Source: Diplonema japonicum (lineage: Eukaryota; Protista; Euglenozoa: Diplonemea). Taken from it: a stretch of DNA of 64,000 nt. This document shows positions 55,237-64,000 of this stretch, one piece after another. Where the stretch lies: assembly GCA_964019335.1 (NCBI GenBank), contig OZ025680.1, positions 534,441-598,440 on the forward strand, read 5' to 3'. The translations under genes and the position numbers were made by a program. How positions within the stretch are numbered: position 1 is the stretch's first letter; each line of letters begins with the position of its first letter. Below the pieces are notes generated by a model, which was not told the origin of the DNA, searched no databases, and saw nothing but the letters and a program-made list of their open reading frames with translations.

Positions 55237-55377
55237 GTCGTCTGTGTTTTTGTTGGTGCCTGCTGCGTCCGCTCGGTGTCCGTTCGTCGTCGTCTGGGGG
55301 GGTTGTTTCGGCCCGGCCCGCCTGCCGTTTAGCAAAGGATCCCCTCCCCCCTCAACACAAAAAAAAAAAAAATAAAA

Positions 55378-58300
55378 ATGGACCCTAGACGAAACGTCGT
55401 CGGAGACCGCCGCCCGCAGGAGGAACGCCTACGAGAGACGCCGACCAAGCCGACCACCCGACCAGACCGAAATCTGGCCGGGCAGTATGACCCCTCCCCT
55501 CCCCTTAGATCCCCTCTAGATGTCGTCAAAAATAATAAAAAACATAAAAAAATAGAACCACCCGCAGCCAGCGCGCCCGCTCCCGATTCCGCAGCCGCCA
55601 CCGCCACCCGCCTGAAGACTGAGAGGGGGGAAAAAAAGAAAAAAGGAGGGTGGGTGCTCACGGGAGGGGACCACCCCCCGGGCTTAAGAACAGGCCCAGC
55701 CCCCACCCACCCAGAGACCTTGCTCTCGGGGAGGTGGGAGACCATTTCGGGGAACAAAGGGAGGGAAACCCTCCAATTTGGTTTCAGGTGGGTGGGTGCC
55801 CGTGCCAAAGTGCGCCGCACCACCCCGATCCCAGAGGGGGCCAGGGGTTGGGTGGCGGAGGTGGCCACCGCAGCGGGGCTGGGGATCACCCCAGACCAGG
55901 TGCTCGTAAATCGATACGAGCCTGGGTGTGGAATCGCCCACCACACCGACGACGTGAGGTTGGGACCAGTGGTCCTCATCCTCTCGTACGGCGCAGAGAC
56001 CACGATGGTCCTGAAGAAGGGGTCCAGGGTATCGAAGTACCTGGTGCCTCCCTTCACCTGGGCCATTCTGGAGGGTGAGGCCCGCTACGAATGGACCCAC
56101 CACATCCCCGAAGGGTGTTCTTCGGGCTCCAGGGTGTCGATCACCCTGCGGACGGTTGGCTGCCCCGTGCCCCTCCCCTCCCCCTCTGTGTCCTCTGTGG
56201 AGGAAATAGAAAAAAAAAAAACTGTGTTTGTGGGGAGAAGGAAAGAGAGTGCGAAGGAGGTGTCCCCGAGAGAGGGAGGCGCCCCTTCCCCCCCTTCCTC
56301 CGCTTCTTCTTGTTCTTCTTTCTCTTGTTTATCTGTCCCCCCTCTTGTAAATTCCCCCCTTGTAAACCCCCCCATTGTAGATTCCCCCCCCTTTGTTCCC
56401 TCCCAGGAGGAGGATAAGAAAAAAAAAAAAGGGAAGGGTGCACTCCCGAGAGAGGGTAGCGCCCCTTCCTCTGCTTCTTCTATTTATGGTTTATCTGTCC
56501 CCCCTCTTGTAAATCCCCCCCTTGCAAACCCCCCCCAAGTGGATTCCCCCCCCTTTGTTTCCTCCCAGAAGGAGGATAAGAAGAAAAAAGAGAAGGGTGC
56601 TCTCCCTAGAGAGGTTAGCGCCCCTTCGGCCCCCCCATTGTCACCCCCCCTTTACACCCGGATCCGAATGGGTCCGGGACTTTTTTTGAGGGTGGAAAAT
56701 AAACAAAAAAACACACCCACACTCACTAACAGGAGGGGGGTCCTGGCCCCCGTTTCCACCACCCTCCAGGGGGTGGTGGGGGCGGTGGCCCAGGAGGAAA
56801 GATGGAAGCCGGAGCGCGCCCCGCAGGGGAGGAAAGGAGGGGGAGTACCCTGGTTGGCCCCGGGACCCCGGAAGACGAGGCAGACGGTGACGAAGGGCCG
56901 GAGGAGGAGACACCGTAGCGAGGCCACCCTCCAAAGGCGCCGCGAGGAGAGGGCCCAGGCCAGGGAGAAGGCTAGGGAAATCGCTGACAGGGAACGGAGG
57001 AGGCTGCACCGCCAGAGAAGGGTCGAGAAGAGGAGGGAAAGGGAAGCCCGCAAGAAGAAGGGGTGCGGTCCCGCCCCTCCAGCTGTTGCAGCCCGGCTCA
57101 TCGGGATAGCGGAAGCGGAGGAGAGGGCTGCGATGGCCAGGAGGGCCATCAGGTCGAGGGCCGGGAAACACCTTGCGAGGAAGAGGTGGGTGGCCAGGAG
57201 ACGTTGGGGGCCCTATACCAGGGTGGTCTATCGGAGCCCCGTGCCCCACCTCCCCTTTGAAGCCTCCTCGCTCAAAGGCGGAGCAACGCTTTCCCAACCC
57301 CCACCCCCGCCTCCGCCCCCAGGCACAGCCGGAGGCCCCCCCGCCACCAGTAGGAGCACGGCCGGGGCTTCCCGAAGGACCGACGGAGTGTGGGAGTGCC
57401 TGCTGTGTGAGAAGGGTAGGAAAGAGCACTCGTCGAAGGCGGGCTTGCAGTACCACCTGTCGAAGACCCACGCCGGAGAGCTCACGCCAGAGAACGCGAA
57501 GGCGATGGGTTTCGCGATCTGCGGAGGGTGCAGCGTGCTGTTCACGGCGGGGAACAAGGAGCGGTGCGTGAATTGCCGGCCCAAGCCCGAGAAGGAGCCC
57601 TCCCGCCTCGTCCGTGGGATATCGGGCACGTCTGTCACCAGGGAGTCGATCCTGCACGAGGTGGGTGCCAAGGAGGAGGATGCTGGGGGCGGAGGGGATT
57701 GCTTGTTCCGCTCTCTGGCTGTGGTGCTGCTGGGGGAGAAGGAACGACACGGAGAGGTGAGGAGTCGGGTGGTCAGCCACATAAGGGACAACAGGGGCAG
57801 GTTCGAGAGCTTTGTGGATCCGATCGGTTTTGAGGCCTACATCGACTACATGGCAAAGCAAGGGGAGTGGGGGGACCACCTTTGTCTGCAGGCGGCGGTG
57901 GAGGTCTGGCAAAAGACGGTCGTGGTCGTGACCGGGGGTGACGCCCAGGTCTTGAAGCTCGGGGAGGCAAGGGAACCGGAGGATACGGTGGTGCTTGGCT
58001 TCACGGGATCCCACTACAGGCCTGTGTTGGTCTCGGAGGGCGGAAAGTCCACCCTGGTGGATTGGGCGGTGGAGGCGAGGCTAGCCCCCTCGGGGACCAG
58101 GCCCGCCATCCTGGACCTCGCCCACCTCCTGATGCCGGAGTCCTCCATCAGGCCCAACGGACACCACATGAAAGATGCCCCACGGCTGGACAGCAAGGTC
58201 AGGAGTTTCCAGTGCCCGGTGAGGGGGTGCGAGAGGTCGTCCCACATGGGAGGCCCGGCGATCTTGGGGTGGGAACTGCTGAAGTCCCACTTGAACGACC

Positions 58301-61300
58301 ACCTGCTGGACGAGGAGGTACTCCCGCAGGAGCTGAAGAAGTTTGGCCTCAAGACCTGCGTGTGTGGGTCGGTGGTGGGCGAACGGGAGGCGGCTCACGT
58401 CAGGTGCATCGCCAGGTACAGCGCTCCTGGGGGTCCCGTGGATGTGAAGGCGGCCCCTAGCCGGGACGCACTTCCTTCTCTGGAGGAGGTGGCCACCCGG
58501 AAAGTGGGCCTCATGAAGCACATCCCCGTCCCGCTCCAAGGGTTGTGGAGTCTGGCGCTAAAGACGGCACTGGTGAGGGTGAAGCAGGAGAACTCCTACC
58601 TGTCGTGGGTGCTGCTCCTGATGCTTCCGAAGGCTTGCCTGGGCAGACGCAGGGGTGGAAAGGCACGTCGGAAGTCCGGGGAGAGCAGCGCCAAGCAGAA
58701 GTTGGAGGCCTGGATCAGAGGGGAGTACCAGCAGGTGTGGAACGGAGTCCCCCTATCGGAGAAGAGAGTCTCGAAGGATCCAGACGACGAATCCAGGCTG
58801 AAGAGAGGGGAGACGCTGTGCAGGGATGGGCGCTTCTCCAGAGCCAACGCAGCGCTAACTGCGGGAGGGTTGGCGGAGGACTCCACCGAGACCTTCGAGA
58901 AGCTCCTGGGCCTCCACCCTGAGGCATCGGTTGACCCCTCGGGGTTAGAACTGAATCCGGCTGACTCCTTCGAGGACGTCACGGCCGTCGACGTTCTGAG
59001 CATGGTCCGGGACTTTGACAAGGGGAAAGCGGCTGGGCCGACTGGGTTGAGCGCCCAACACCTGAAGGACGGGGTGGACGGCGTGGTGACGGAAGTAGGG
59101 GCCCTGGCGGCTCTCACCGAGGTGTGCAATATCATGGCCAGAGGTCAGACTCCGGCTGAGGTGGCACCGGTGCTACTAGGGGCGAGCTTGATTCCGCTGC
59201 GGAAACCGGACAGGGGAGTCCGTCCGATCGCCGTAGGAGAGAGCCTGAGACGACTTGTAGGGAAGGCAATCCTTGACAAGGAAGGGGCGGAAGTGGCCAA
59301 GTCCTACCTGAGGAAGGGGGGCCAGATCGGGGTGGCGGTCCCCGCGGGGATGGAGGCGGCTGTCCACGCGACAAGGCAGTACGTGGAGAAGGCGAAACAG
59401 GACGACGTGTCCCGAGTGGCGATCAAGATAGACTACGCAAACGCCTTCAACACAATCAGCAGGTACGAGATGCTAAAGGAGGCGTGCGCGAAGGTTCCCA
59501 AGGGGTACAAGTGGGCCGAATCTTGCTACAGACACCCATCCAAGCTGTTCCACGAGGGGACGGAGCTACTCTCGAGGGAGGGGGTCCAGCAGGGCGACCC
59601 GGTGGGTCCGTTGCTGTTCTCCCTCGCGCTGCAGCCAGTACTGGAGAAGATAAGGGCGGATACAAGTCTGGACCTCCAGTTCTTCTACCTCGATGACGGG
59701 TTCCTGGCCGGAGAGAGGGGACAGGTGGAGAAGGCCTACCGCATCGTGGTAGAGGAGTCGGCGAAGCGAGGCCTGAAGGTGAAGCCGCAGAAGTGCGAGT
59801 TGATCTGGGTGTCTGGTGAGAAGCCGACCGACCCAGAAGAGTGGGGCTTCTCCGGTTTCTCCAAGGAGAAAATGAGCTCGGATGGGAACTTCGAGCTCCT
59901 GGGGACCCCCATAGGGGACGCGGAGTACACGAAGGCTTTCTTGGCAAAGAAACTCGAGGCCCTGGGCAAGACCTTCGAGATGCAGAAGAAGATGAGGACC
60001 CAGTCGGGCTACGCCTTGGTGAAGAACTGCAGCTCGTACAGCAAGATGGTCCACCTCATGCGCACGGTACCGCACACGCAGCTAGCGGGCCCCTTGACGG
60101 AATTCGACGGCCTGGTGAAGGGGGCGATGGAGCACCTTCTTGCCCGGGAGCTCGGGGAGAGGGAGTGGAGCCAGGCGAAGCTTGCGACGAGGAGGGGAGG
60201 GATGGGCCTTCGCAGCTGCAGCGAACACGCCCTAGTGGCGAACATGGCCTCGCTGGCGGCGACCCAGGAGCTGGCGTCGGAGATCCTGGGGGGGTACGAC
60301 TGGGACGCTTCACTGGCGGGTGGCTGGGAGTGGGGGGTCGAGTGGTTCAACGGCCACCTCGCAGCCGACGATCCTGACAGGCTCTCCGTGGACCTGCTGC
60401 GAAACACCCCGAGGCTGTACCCTCAGAGGAAGATGTCGCAGATCCTCGAGGAGAAGTCCTGGGGTGCGCTGTTCGGGAGCTCCCCGGGTGGTAGGGACAA
60501 GGCCAGGTTGAACTCGCTGAAGGTTCACAAAGCAGGGGCTTGGCTGACGGCGATCACGGGCTTGAATAACGAACTAAAGAACGATGAGTTCAGGACGCTG
60601 ACCAGCTGGCTCCTTGGCATCGCAGTCGGGTCCGAGGGGAAGTGCCCGATGTGCGGTGAGGACAACGACGCCCTAGGCGACCATGCCATGGTTTGCAAGA
60701 GAGGTGCGGTCATGACGAAGAGGCACGACAGGGTGAGGGACATGTTGGTGAAGCACTGCTACAGCGGCGGGTTGCAAGCGGTGAAGGAGCAACAAGGCCT
60801 CCTGGGTGACGGGAGAAAGCCTGCTGACGTTTACCTCCCGATGGGGGTGGAAGGCGAGGGCCCTCTGGCCATCGACGTGACGGTGGTCCACCCGTGCGCG
60901 AGCGCCCACCTGGCGGCGGCAATGGCGGTTCCGGGGGCGGCTGCGGAGAAACAGGCGGAGTCGAAGCGGGCGAAGTACGCGAGCGACTGCGAGAGAGCCC
61001 GGATACGGTTCACCCCCTGTGCTCTGGAGACGTTTGGCGGGTTCGGGACCGACGCCAGGAGGGTGCTGAAGAGGATCGCGGCGGAGGTGGCGAAGAAGAG
61101 GCAGCGGGACGCGACGGAGGTCTATAGGACCATGACAGAGGAACTGAGCGTAGCCCTCATGAGAGAGGTGGCAGTGGAGACGAGGAGGAGGCACCCGATC
61201 AAAGAGACACAAGCACCGCCCGACCCACCCCCGGCCCCAGACATCCCCCCCGATGGCCCAGGAGACGAGGAAGCCCAGGCAGCGGGCGCCCCCCCACCCT

Positions 61301-64000
61301 CGACGGAGGACGCGTCAGGCACGACAAAAACCGAATCAGCCGACATGCCCGCTGGAGAGGAGGAAGTGTGCACGACGCAGGATGGCCCCAGCGCGATGGA
61401 GGAGGACCCGGCAGAGGACATGCCAGAGGAGCAGGCGGCGTTGCAGACAGGCCCTCTCTCATTGCAGGGGGAGGACTTCGGCTTGATGGAGGTGGAAAGC
61501 GAGGACGGGCTGGAGGGCGGTGCTCCGCAGGCGGACATCCCCGCCGCCCCCCCGGTCGTCGGAGGGACGGACTTGGCCCCCGCGGGGGAGGGGGGAACCC
61601 CTGACGCGACGGAGGTGAGGGAGCCCTGGGGGGCAGTGCCGCTACCAGACATCTCCAGCCCCGACGCGATGGAGGAGGATACGGCAGGGAGCTCGCTCGC
61701 AGAAGGGTGGGTTCCGCAGGCAGGCCCCGCTGCCCCGCGGGTGGACATCTCAGGTTCTAAAGAAAACGAAACAGCCGACTTGTCCATGGGGGAGGGAAGT
61801 CCTCAGGAGGAGGAGCCCGGCTTGATGGAGGAGGACACGGAAGAGAGCGGGGATGGGCAGGGCGGAGGGACGTCGCTGGGATACACCTCCACCCCGGCGG
61901 AGGAGGTGGGCCCGACCGACATGTCCGTGGAGGAGGAGGAGGAGAAGAGTGATTCGATAGAGGGTGGGGAACCCATGGAGGGGACGTCTCAGTCGGACGC
62001 CTCCGACTCCTCCTCGGAGGGCAACACTGGCACAGAAAACACCATCCAAGCCGTATTGCCTGAAGGAATGGAGGAGGAGGACGCGCAGGGAACGGACCGG
62101 ATGGAGGTTGAGGGGGGCCTGACTCCGCCGCAGGCATCAGAGGGGAACACTGGCACAGAAAACACCATCCAAGCCGTATTGCCCGAAGGAATGGAGGAGG
62201 AGGGCTCGCAGGGGACGGTCCAGACGGAGGTTGAGGGGGGCCTAACCCCGCCACAGGCATCAGAGGGGGATGAGCCTATGGGGCCACTCCTGCTCGAGGG
62301 ACGGGCTGAGGTAAGTGGAGAGCCGAGCAACCACCAGTTTCCCCTCTCTCCGTCCCCCTCGGGAAGGGAGGACGACCAGATGTCGTGGCAGGGGCCGCAG
62401 GAAGGGGAGGGGGGGCCCTCACCGTCATCTTCGGTGGAGGAAGTCCTCTCGTCCGCCCCAGAGTCCAGCAGCGAAGGCCCCGGGGTCGGAGAAGGGGACG
62501 CAGAGTTGCAGAGCGCCGGAGGGGAGGGAGGTTCGGAGTCACCCGGGTCGGCCAGCCCGATGAGGGAGGACGAAGGGAGCCCCGATCTGGAAGCGGCAGA
62601 AGCCGGAGGCCCGCCAGCGGCGGTGAGCCAGGAGGTGGAGCGGACCGGGCTGGGCGCGTTCTCTAGGGAGCAGATCATGGCGATCCTGGAGGCGGATGTC
62701 TTCTCTCCTGTACCCGCGGGAGAAAGCGGCCTGGGGACGACACAACCCTCACAGGGAGCGGCGGTGCTAACCCCAAGGGCCTCCCAGTCGGTGCTCGGAG
62801 GAGGGTGCGACTCCCCCATTGTGGCGGCGGTGTTGGAAGGGGCTGCCCGAGGCCCCCCTTCGTCGGAGGGGGACAGGGCAAGGCTTGGGGGAGACCGTGA
62901 GTCAGGCTCTCCGGAGGCCAGGAGCACGGGGAACACACCGTCCGTGACGCTTGTGGGAGCCATCGGGGAAAGCCTGGTGAGGAAGAGGGTCCCGTCCAAC
63001 GAGGCCCTGTCCGCCCAGAGGGATCCCAAGGTACAGAGGCACCCAGCGTTGCTGGACGTCAGGGGGCCTGCGGTCCGCCCCTGGTTCCCAGTCCAACTAG
63101 AGTCAGACGAAGTTTGCGTGGCGCGGGTTCTCTTCGAGGCGGACGGGGAGGAGGAGTCCCCCATCCAGTCGGAAGGCGTCGAACCCCCTATCCAGGCGGA
63201 GGGTGGTGAGTCCCATGTCCGGGAGCTCCCCGCCCAGGAGGAGGAGGCTGGGTCTCCCACCCAGGCGGAGGTGGGTGAGTCCCCCACTCAGACGGAGGGC
63301 AGTGGATCCAGCATCCAGGTGGAGGATAGCGAATCCCCTACTCAGTCGGAGGGTGATGAGTCCCACATCCAGGAGGAAGGAGGGGAGTCCCCTGCCCAGG
63401 CGGAAGGTGAAGCTAATGAGCCCCCCATCCAGACGGGAGCGGCGGTGGAGGACGGGACCGCGCCCGAGCCCCTCGAGATTGATTCGCCGGAGGTCAGTGG
63501 GAACAGGGGTCTGGCGAGGAAGAGGGTGCCCTCGAATGAGGCTCAGTCCGCCCAGCGGACCCCAAAAGTGAAGAAGGGTCGCGGCCAGCTGGACGTAAGA
63601 GAATCGAGCCTGGCCGCTGGCATGCGCGTGCTGTTCGGAGCGGTTCCGCCCCCTTCCCTGACCCCCTTGGCCGTGGGTAGCAGGCCGCCGCAGGAGGAAG
63701 GCGAAACGGCGCAATCTCCCATTCCGGGGGCGAGCGGTGCAGGGCTCTACTCTCCAGAGGCGAGGTTCCCGGAGGCGCCCGTGGTGTCCATGGCCGCGGA
63801 CCTGTGCGAGTCGGACGGGATGGAGGCACATTCGGCCCCCTCCGGTGTGGACAGAGAGCCTTCGCCCGCTCGTCCGTCGCAGTCTCCCGTGCTGGGGGCT
63901 GAAGGCGGGGGGCGCCTCTCTCCGGAGGTCAGTACCCCAGAAACCTCCAACCCCGATGTCCGGGTAGAGGGCGGGGAAAAGGTCGCCAGAAAAAGGGTAC
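55378..64000 (+). CDS. Retrotransposon polyprotein (>=2874 aa, 3'-incomplete): AlkB-like dioxygenase - zinc fingers - OTU protease - RT - CCHC/RLE - acidic tail
   Basis: Manual translation from ATG 55378; no stop found. AlkB NRYEPGCGIAHHTD...RYEWTH...RVSITLR; C2H2 CLLC...HLSKTH; OTU GDCLFRSL...WGD...SHY; RT RPIAVGE, IDYANAFN, GVQQGDP, YLDD (59686-59697); CPMC...H...C, RHD, KPADV, AIDVTV, KRAKY, ETFGG. Confidence 0.93.
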   Translation, partial: MDPRRNVVGDRRPQEERLRETPTKPTTRPDRNLAGQYDPSPPLRSPLDVVKNNKKHKKIEPPAASAPAPDSAAATATRLKTERGEKKKKGGWVLTGGDHPPGLRTGPAPTHPETLLSGRWETISGNKGRETLQFGFRWVGARAKVRRTTPIPEGARGWVAEVATAAGLGITPDQVLVNRYEPGCGIAHHTDDVRLGPVVLILSYGAETTMVLKKGSRVSKYLVPPFTWAILEGEARYEWTHHIPEGCSSGSRVSITLRTVGCPVPLPSPSVSSVEEIEKKKTVFVGRRKESAKEVSPREGGAPSPPSSASSCSSFSCLSVPPLVNSPLVNPPIVDSPPFVPSQEEDKKKKKGKGALPREGSAPSSASSIYGLSVPPLVNPPLANPPQVDSPPFVSSQKEDKKKKEKGALPREVSAPSAPPLSPPLYTRIRMGPGLFLRVENKQKNTPTLTNRRGVLAPVSTTLQGVVGAVAQEERWKPERAPQGRKGGGVPWLAPGPRKTRQTVTKGRRRRHRSEATLQRRREERAQAREKAREIADRERRRLHRQRRVEKRREREARKKKGCGPAPPAVAARLIGIAEAEERAAMARRAIRSRAGKHLARKRWVARRRWGPYTRVVYRSPVPHLPFEASSLKGGATLSQPPPPPPPPGTAGGPPATSRSTAGASRRTDGVWECLLCEKGRKEHSSKAGLQYHLSKTHAGELTPENAKAMGFAICGGCSVLFTAGNKERCVNCRPKPEKEPSRLVRGISGTSVTRESILHEVGAKEEDAGGGGDCLFRSLAVVLLGEKERHGEVRSRVVSHIRDNRGRFESFVDPIGFEAYIDYMAKQGEWGDHLCLQAAVEVWQKTVVVVTGGDAQVLKLGEAREPEDTVVLGFTGSHYRPVLVSEGGKSTLVDWAVEARLAPSGTRPAILDLAHLLMPESSIRPNGHHMKDAPRLDSKVRSFQCPVRGCERSSHMGGPAILGWELLKSHLNDHLLDEEVLPQELKKFGLKTCVCGSVVGEREAAHVRCIARYSAPGGPVDVKAAPSRDALPSLEEVATRKVGLMKHIPVPLQGLWSLALKTALVRVKQENSYLSWVLLLMLPKACLGRRRGGKARRKSGESSAKQKLEAWIRGEYQQVWNGVPLSEKRVSKDPDDESRLKRGETLCRDGRFSRANAALTAGGLAEDSTETFEKLLGLHPEASVDPSGLELNPADSFEDVTAVDVLSMVRDFDKGKAAGPTGLSAQHLKDGVDGVVTEVGALAALTEVCNIMARGQTPAEVAPVLLGASLIPLRKPDRGVRPIAVGESLRRLVGKAILDKEGAEVAKSYLRKGGQIGVAVPAGMEAAVHATRQYVEKAKQDDVSRVAIKIDYANAFNTISRYEMLKEACAKVPKGYKWAESCYRHPSKLFHEGTELLSREGVQQGDPVGPLLFSLALQPVLEKIRADTSLDLQFFYLDDGFLAGERGQVEKAYRIVVEESAKRGLKVKPQKCELIWVSGEKPTDPEEWGFSGFSKEKMSSDGNFELLGTPIGDAEYTKAFLAKKLEALGKTFEMQKKMRTQSGYALVKNCSSYSKMVHLMRTVPHTQLAGPLTEFDGLVKGAMEHLLARELGEREWSQAKLATRRGGMGLRSCSEHALVANMASLAATQELASEILGGYDWDASLAGGWEWGVEWFNGHLAADDPDRLSVDLLRNTPRLYPQRKMSQILEEKSWGALFGSSPGGRDKARLNSLKVHKAGAWLTAITGLNNELKNDEFRTLTSWLLGIAVGSEGKCPMCGEDNDALGDHAMVCKRGAVMTKRHDRVRDMLVKHCYSGGLQAVKEQQGLLGDGRKPADVYLPMGVEGEGPLAIDVTVVHPCASAHLAAAMAVPGAAAEKQAESKRAKYASDCERARIRFTPCALETFGGFGTDARRVLKRIAAEVAKKRQRDATEVYRTMTEELSVALMREVAVETRRRHPIKETQAPPDPPPAPDIPPDGPGDEEAQAAGAPPPSTEDASGTTKTESADMPAGEEEVCTTQDGPSAMEEDPAEDMPEEQAALQTGPLSLQGEDFGLMEVESEDGLEGGAPQADIPAAPPVVGGTDLAPAGEGGTPDATEVREPWGAVPLPDISSPDAMEEDTAGSSLAEGWVPQAGPAAPRVDISGSKENETADLSMGEGSPQEEEPGLMEEDTEESGDGQGGGTSLGYTSTPAEEVGPTDMSVEEEEEKSDSIEGGEPMEGTSQSDASDSSSEGNTGTENTIQAVLPEGMEEEDAQGTDRMEVEGGLTPPQASEGNTGTENTIQAVLPEGMEEEGSQGTVQTEVEGGLTPPQASEGDEPMGPLLLEGRAEVSGEPSNHQFPLSPSPSGREDDQMSWQGPQEGEGGPSPSSSVEEVLSSAPESSSEGPGVGEGDAELQSAGGEGGSESPGSASPMREDEGSPDLEAAEAGGPPAAVSQEVERTGLGAFSREQIMAILEADVFSPVPAGESGLGTTQPSQGAAVLTPRASQSVLGGGCDSPIVAAVLEGAARGPPSSEGDRARLGGDRESGSPEARSTGNTPSVTLVGAIGESLVRKRVPSNEALSAQRDPKVQRHPALLDVRGPAVRPWFPVQLESDEVCVARVLFEADGEEESPIQSEGVEPPIQAEGGESHVRELPAQEEEAGSPTQAEVGESPTQTEGSGSSIQVEDSESPTQSEGDESHIQEEGGESPAQAEGEANEPPIQTGAAVEDGTAPEPLEIDSPEVSGNRGLARKRVPSNEAQSAQRTPKVKKGRGQLDVRESSLAAGMRVLFGAVPPPSLTPLAVGSRPPQEEGETAQSPIPGASGAGLYSPEARFPEAPVVSMAADLCESDGMEAHSAPSGVDREPSPARPSQSPVLGAEGGGRLSPEVSTPETSNPDVRVEGGEKVARKRV
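56266..56630 (+). repeat. In-frame tandem repeat (~160-180 bp unit, ~2.2 copies) in the retroelement ORF
   Basis: PREG.APS...LSVPPLVN.PL.NPP.VDSPPFV.SQ.EDKKK recurs at ~56266 and ~56446, with a partial copy at ~56604. Confidence 0.85.
62018..62270 (+). repeat. 123-bp in-frame tandem duplication in the acidic tail
   Basis: EGNTGTENTIQAVLPEGMEEE...EVEGGLTPPQAS occurs twice. Confidence 0.9.
63150..63440 (+). repeat. Degenerate 30-bp minisatellite encoding (E-S-P-x-Q-x-E-G-x-x)n
   Basis: About 10 units such as gagtcccccatccagtcggaaggc and gagtcccccactcagacggagggc. Confidence 0.8.

Larger units (their letters stand above)
55237..64000 (+). mobile_element. CRE/SLACS-like non-LTR retrotransposon, apparently intact; 3' end outside window
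   Basis: Abrupt shift to GC-rich sequence after the SL exon; single ORF with RT and C-terminal restriction-like endonuclease. Confidence 0.93.

Noticed and set aside
55198-55330. A standard functional SL RNA gene
   Set aside because: No recognisable GTATG-type SL intron, Sm site, T-tract terminator or tandem array; the sequence runs into the retroelement. Not fully excluded.
55750-56155. TET/JBP (base J) hydroxylase
   Set aside because: The motif pattern (NxY..G..I..HxD, LSYG, WxH, RxSxTxR) is AlkB-type.
57000-57300. 2A ribosome-skipping peptide, as in trypanosome L1Tc
   Set aside because: No D-x-E-x-N-P-G-P motif seen in the translated ORF.
63150-63440. CRISPR-like periodic repeats
   Set aside because: Coding minisatellite without unique spacers, in a eukaryotic context.
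55329-63950. Many listed ORFs on both strands (e.g. 56641-58014, 61989-63287)
   Set aside because: Shadows of the GC-rich frame-1 retrotransposon ORF, which holds all the recognisable motifs.

Overview
Eukaryotic (euglenozoan, most likely diplonemid) nuclear DNA. Evidence: a 39-nt diplonemid-type spliced-leader (SL) exon, a paraflagellar-rod+SH3 gene, about 23 host genes all on the + strand, and 33-47 nt GT-AG micro-introns. Host genes include a Yip1-family protein, MINPP-like phosphatase, ATP11, RPL3, an importin-beta-like protein, a PH-AGC kinase, a PEPCK-like pseudoenzyme, spinster MFS, OCRL-like 5-phosphatase, TDP1, two kinesins, two 14-3-3 paralogues, a GT14 and an ankyrin protein. AT-rich spacers hold a decayed piggyBac, several TIR-bounded MITEs, an LSU rRNA fragment and deletion-riddled pseudogenes. 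The main discovery is missing from the ORF track because it has no stop codon inside the window: one uninterrupted ORF from 55378 past 64000 (>=2874 codons). It is a CRE/SLACS-like non-LTR retrotransposon encoding AlkB-type 2OG-Fe(II) dioxygenase + zinc fingers + OTU protease + RT + restriction-like endonuclease + a >930-aa acidic tail, with a complete SL exon ending 141 nt upstream of its ATG.
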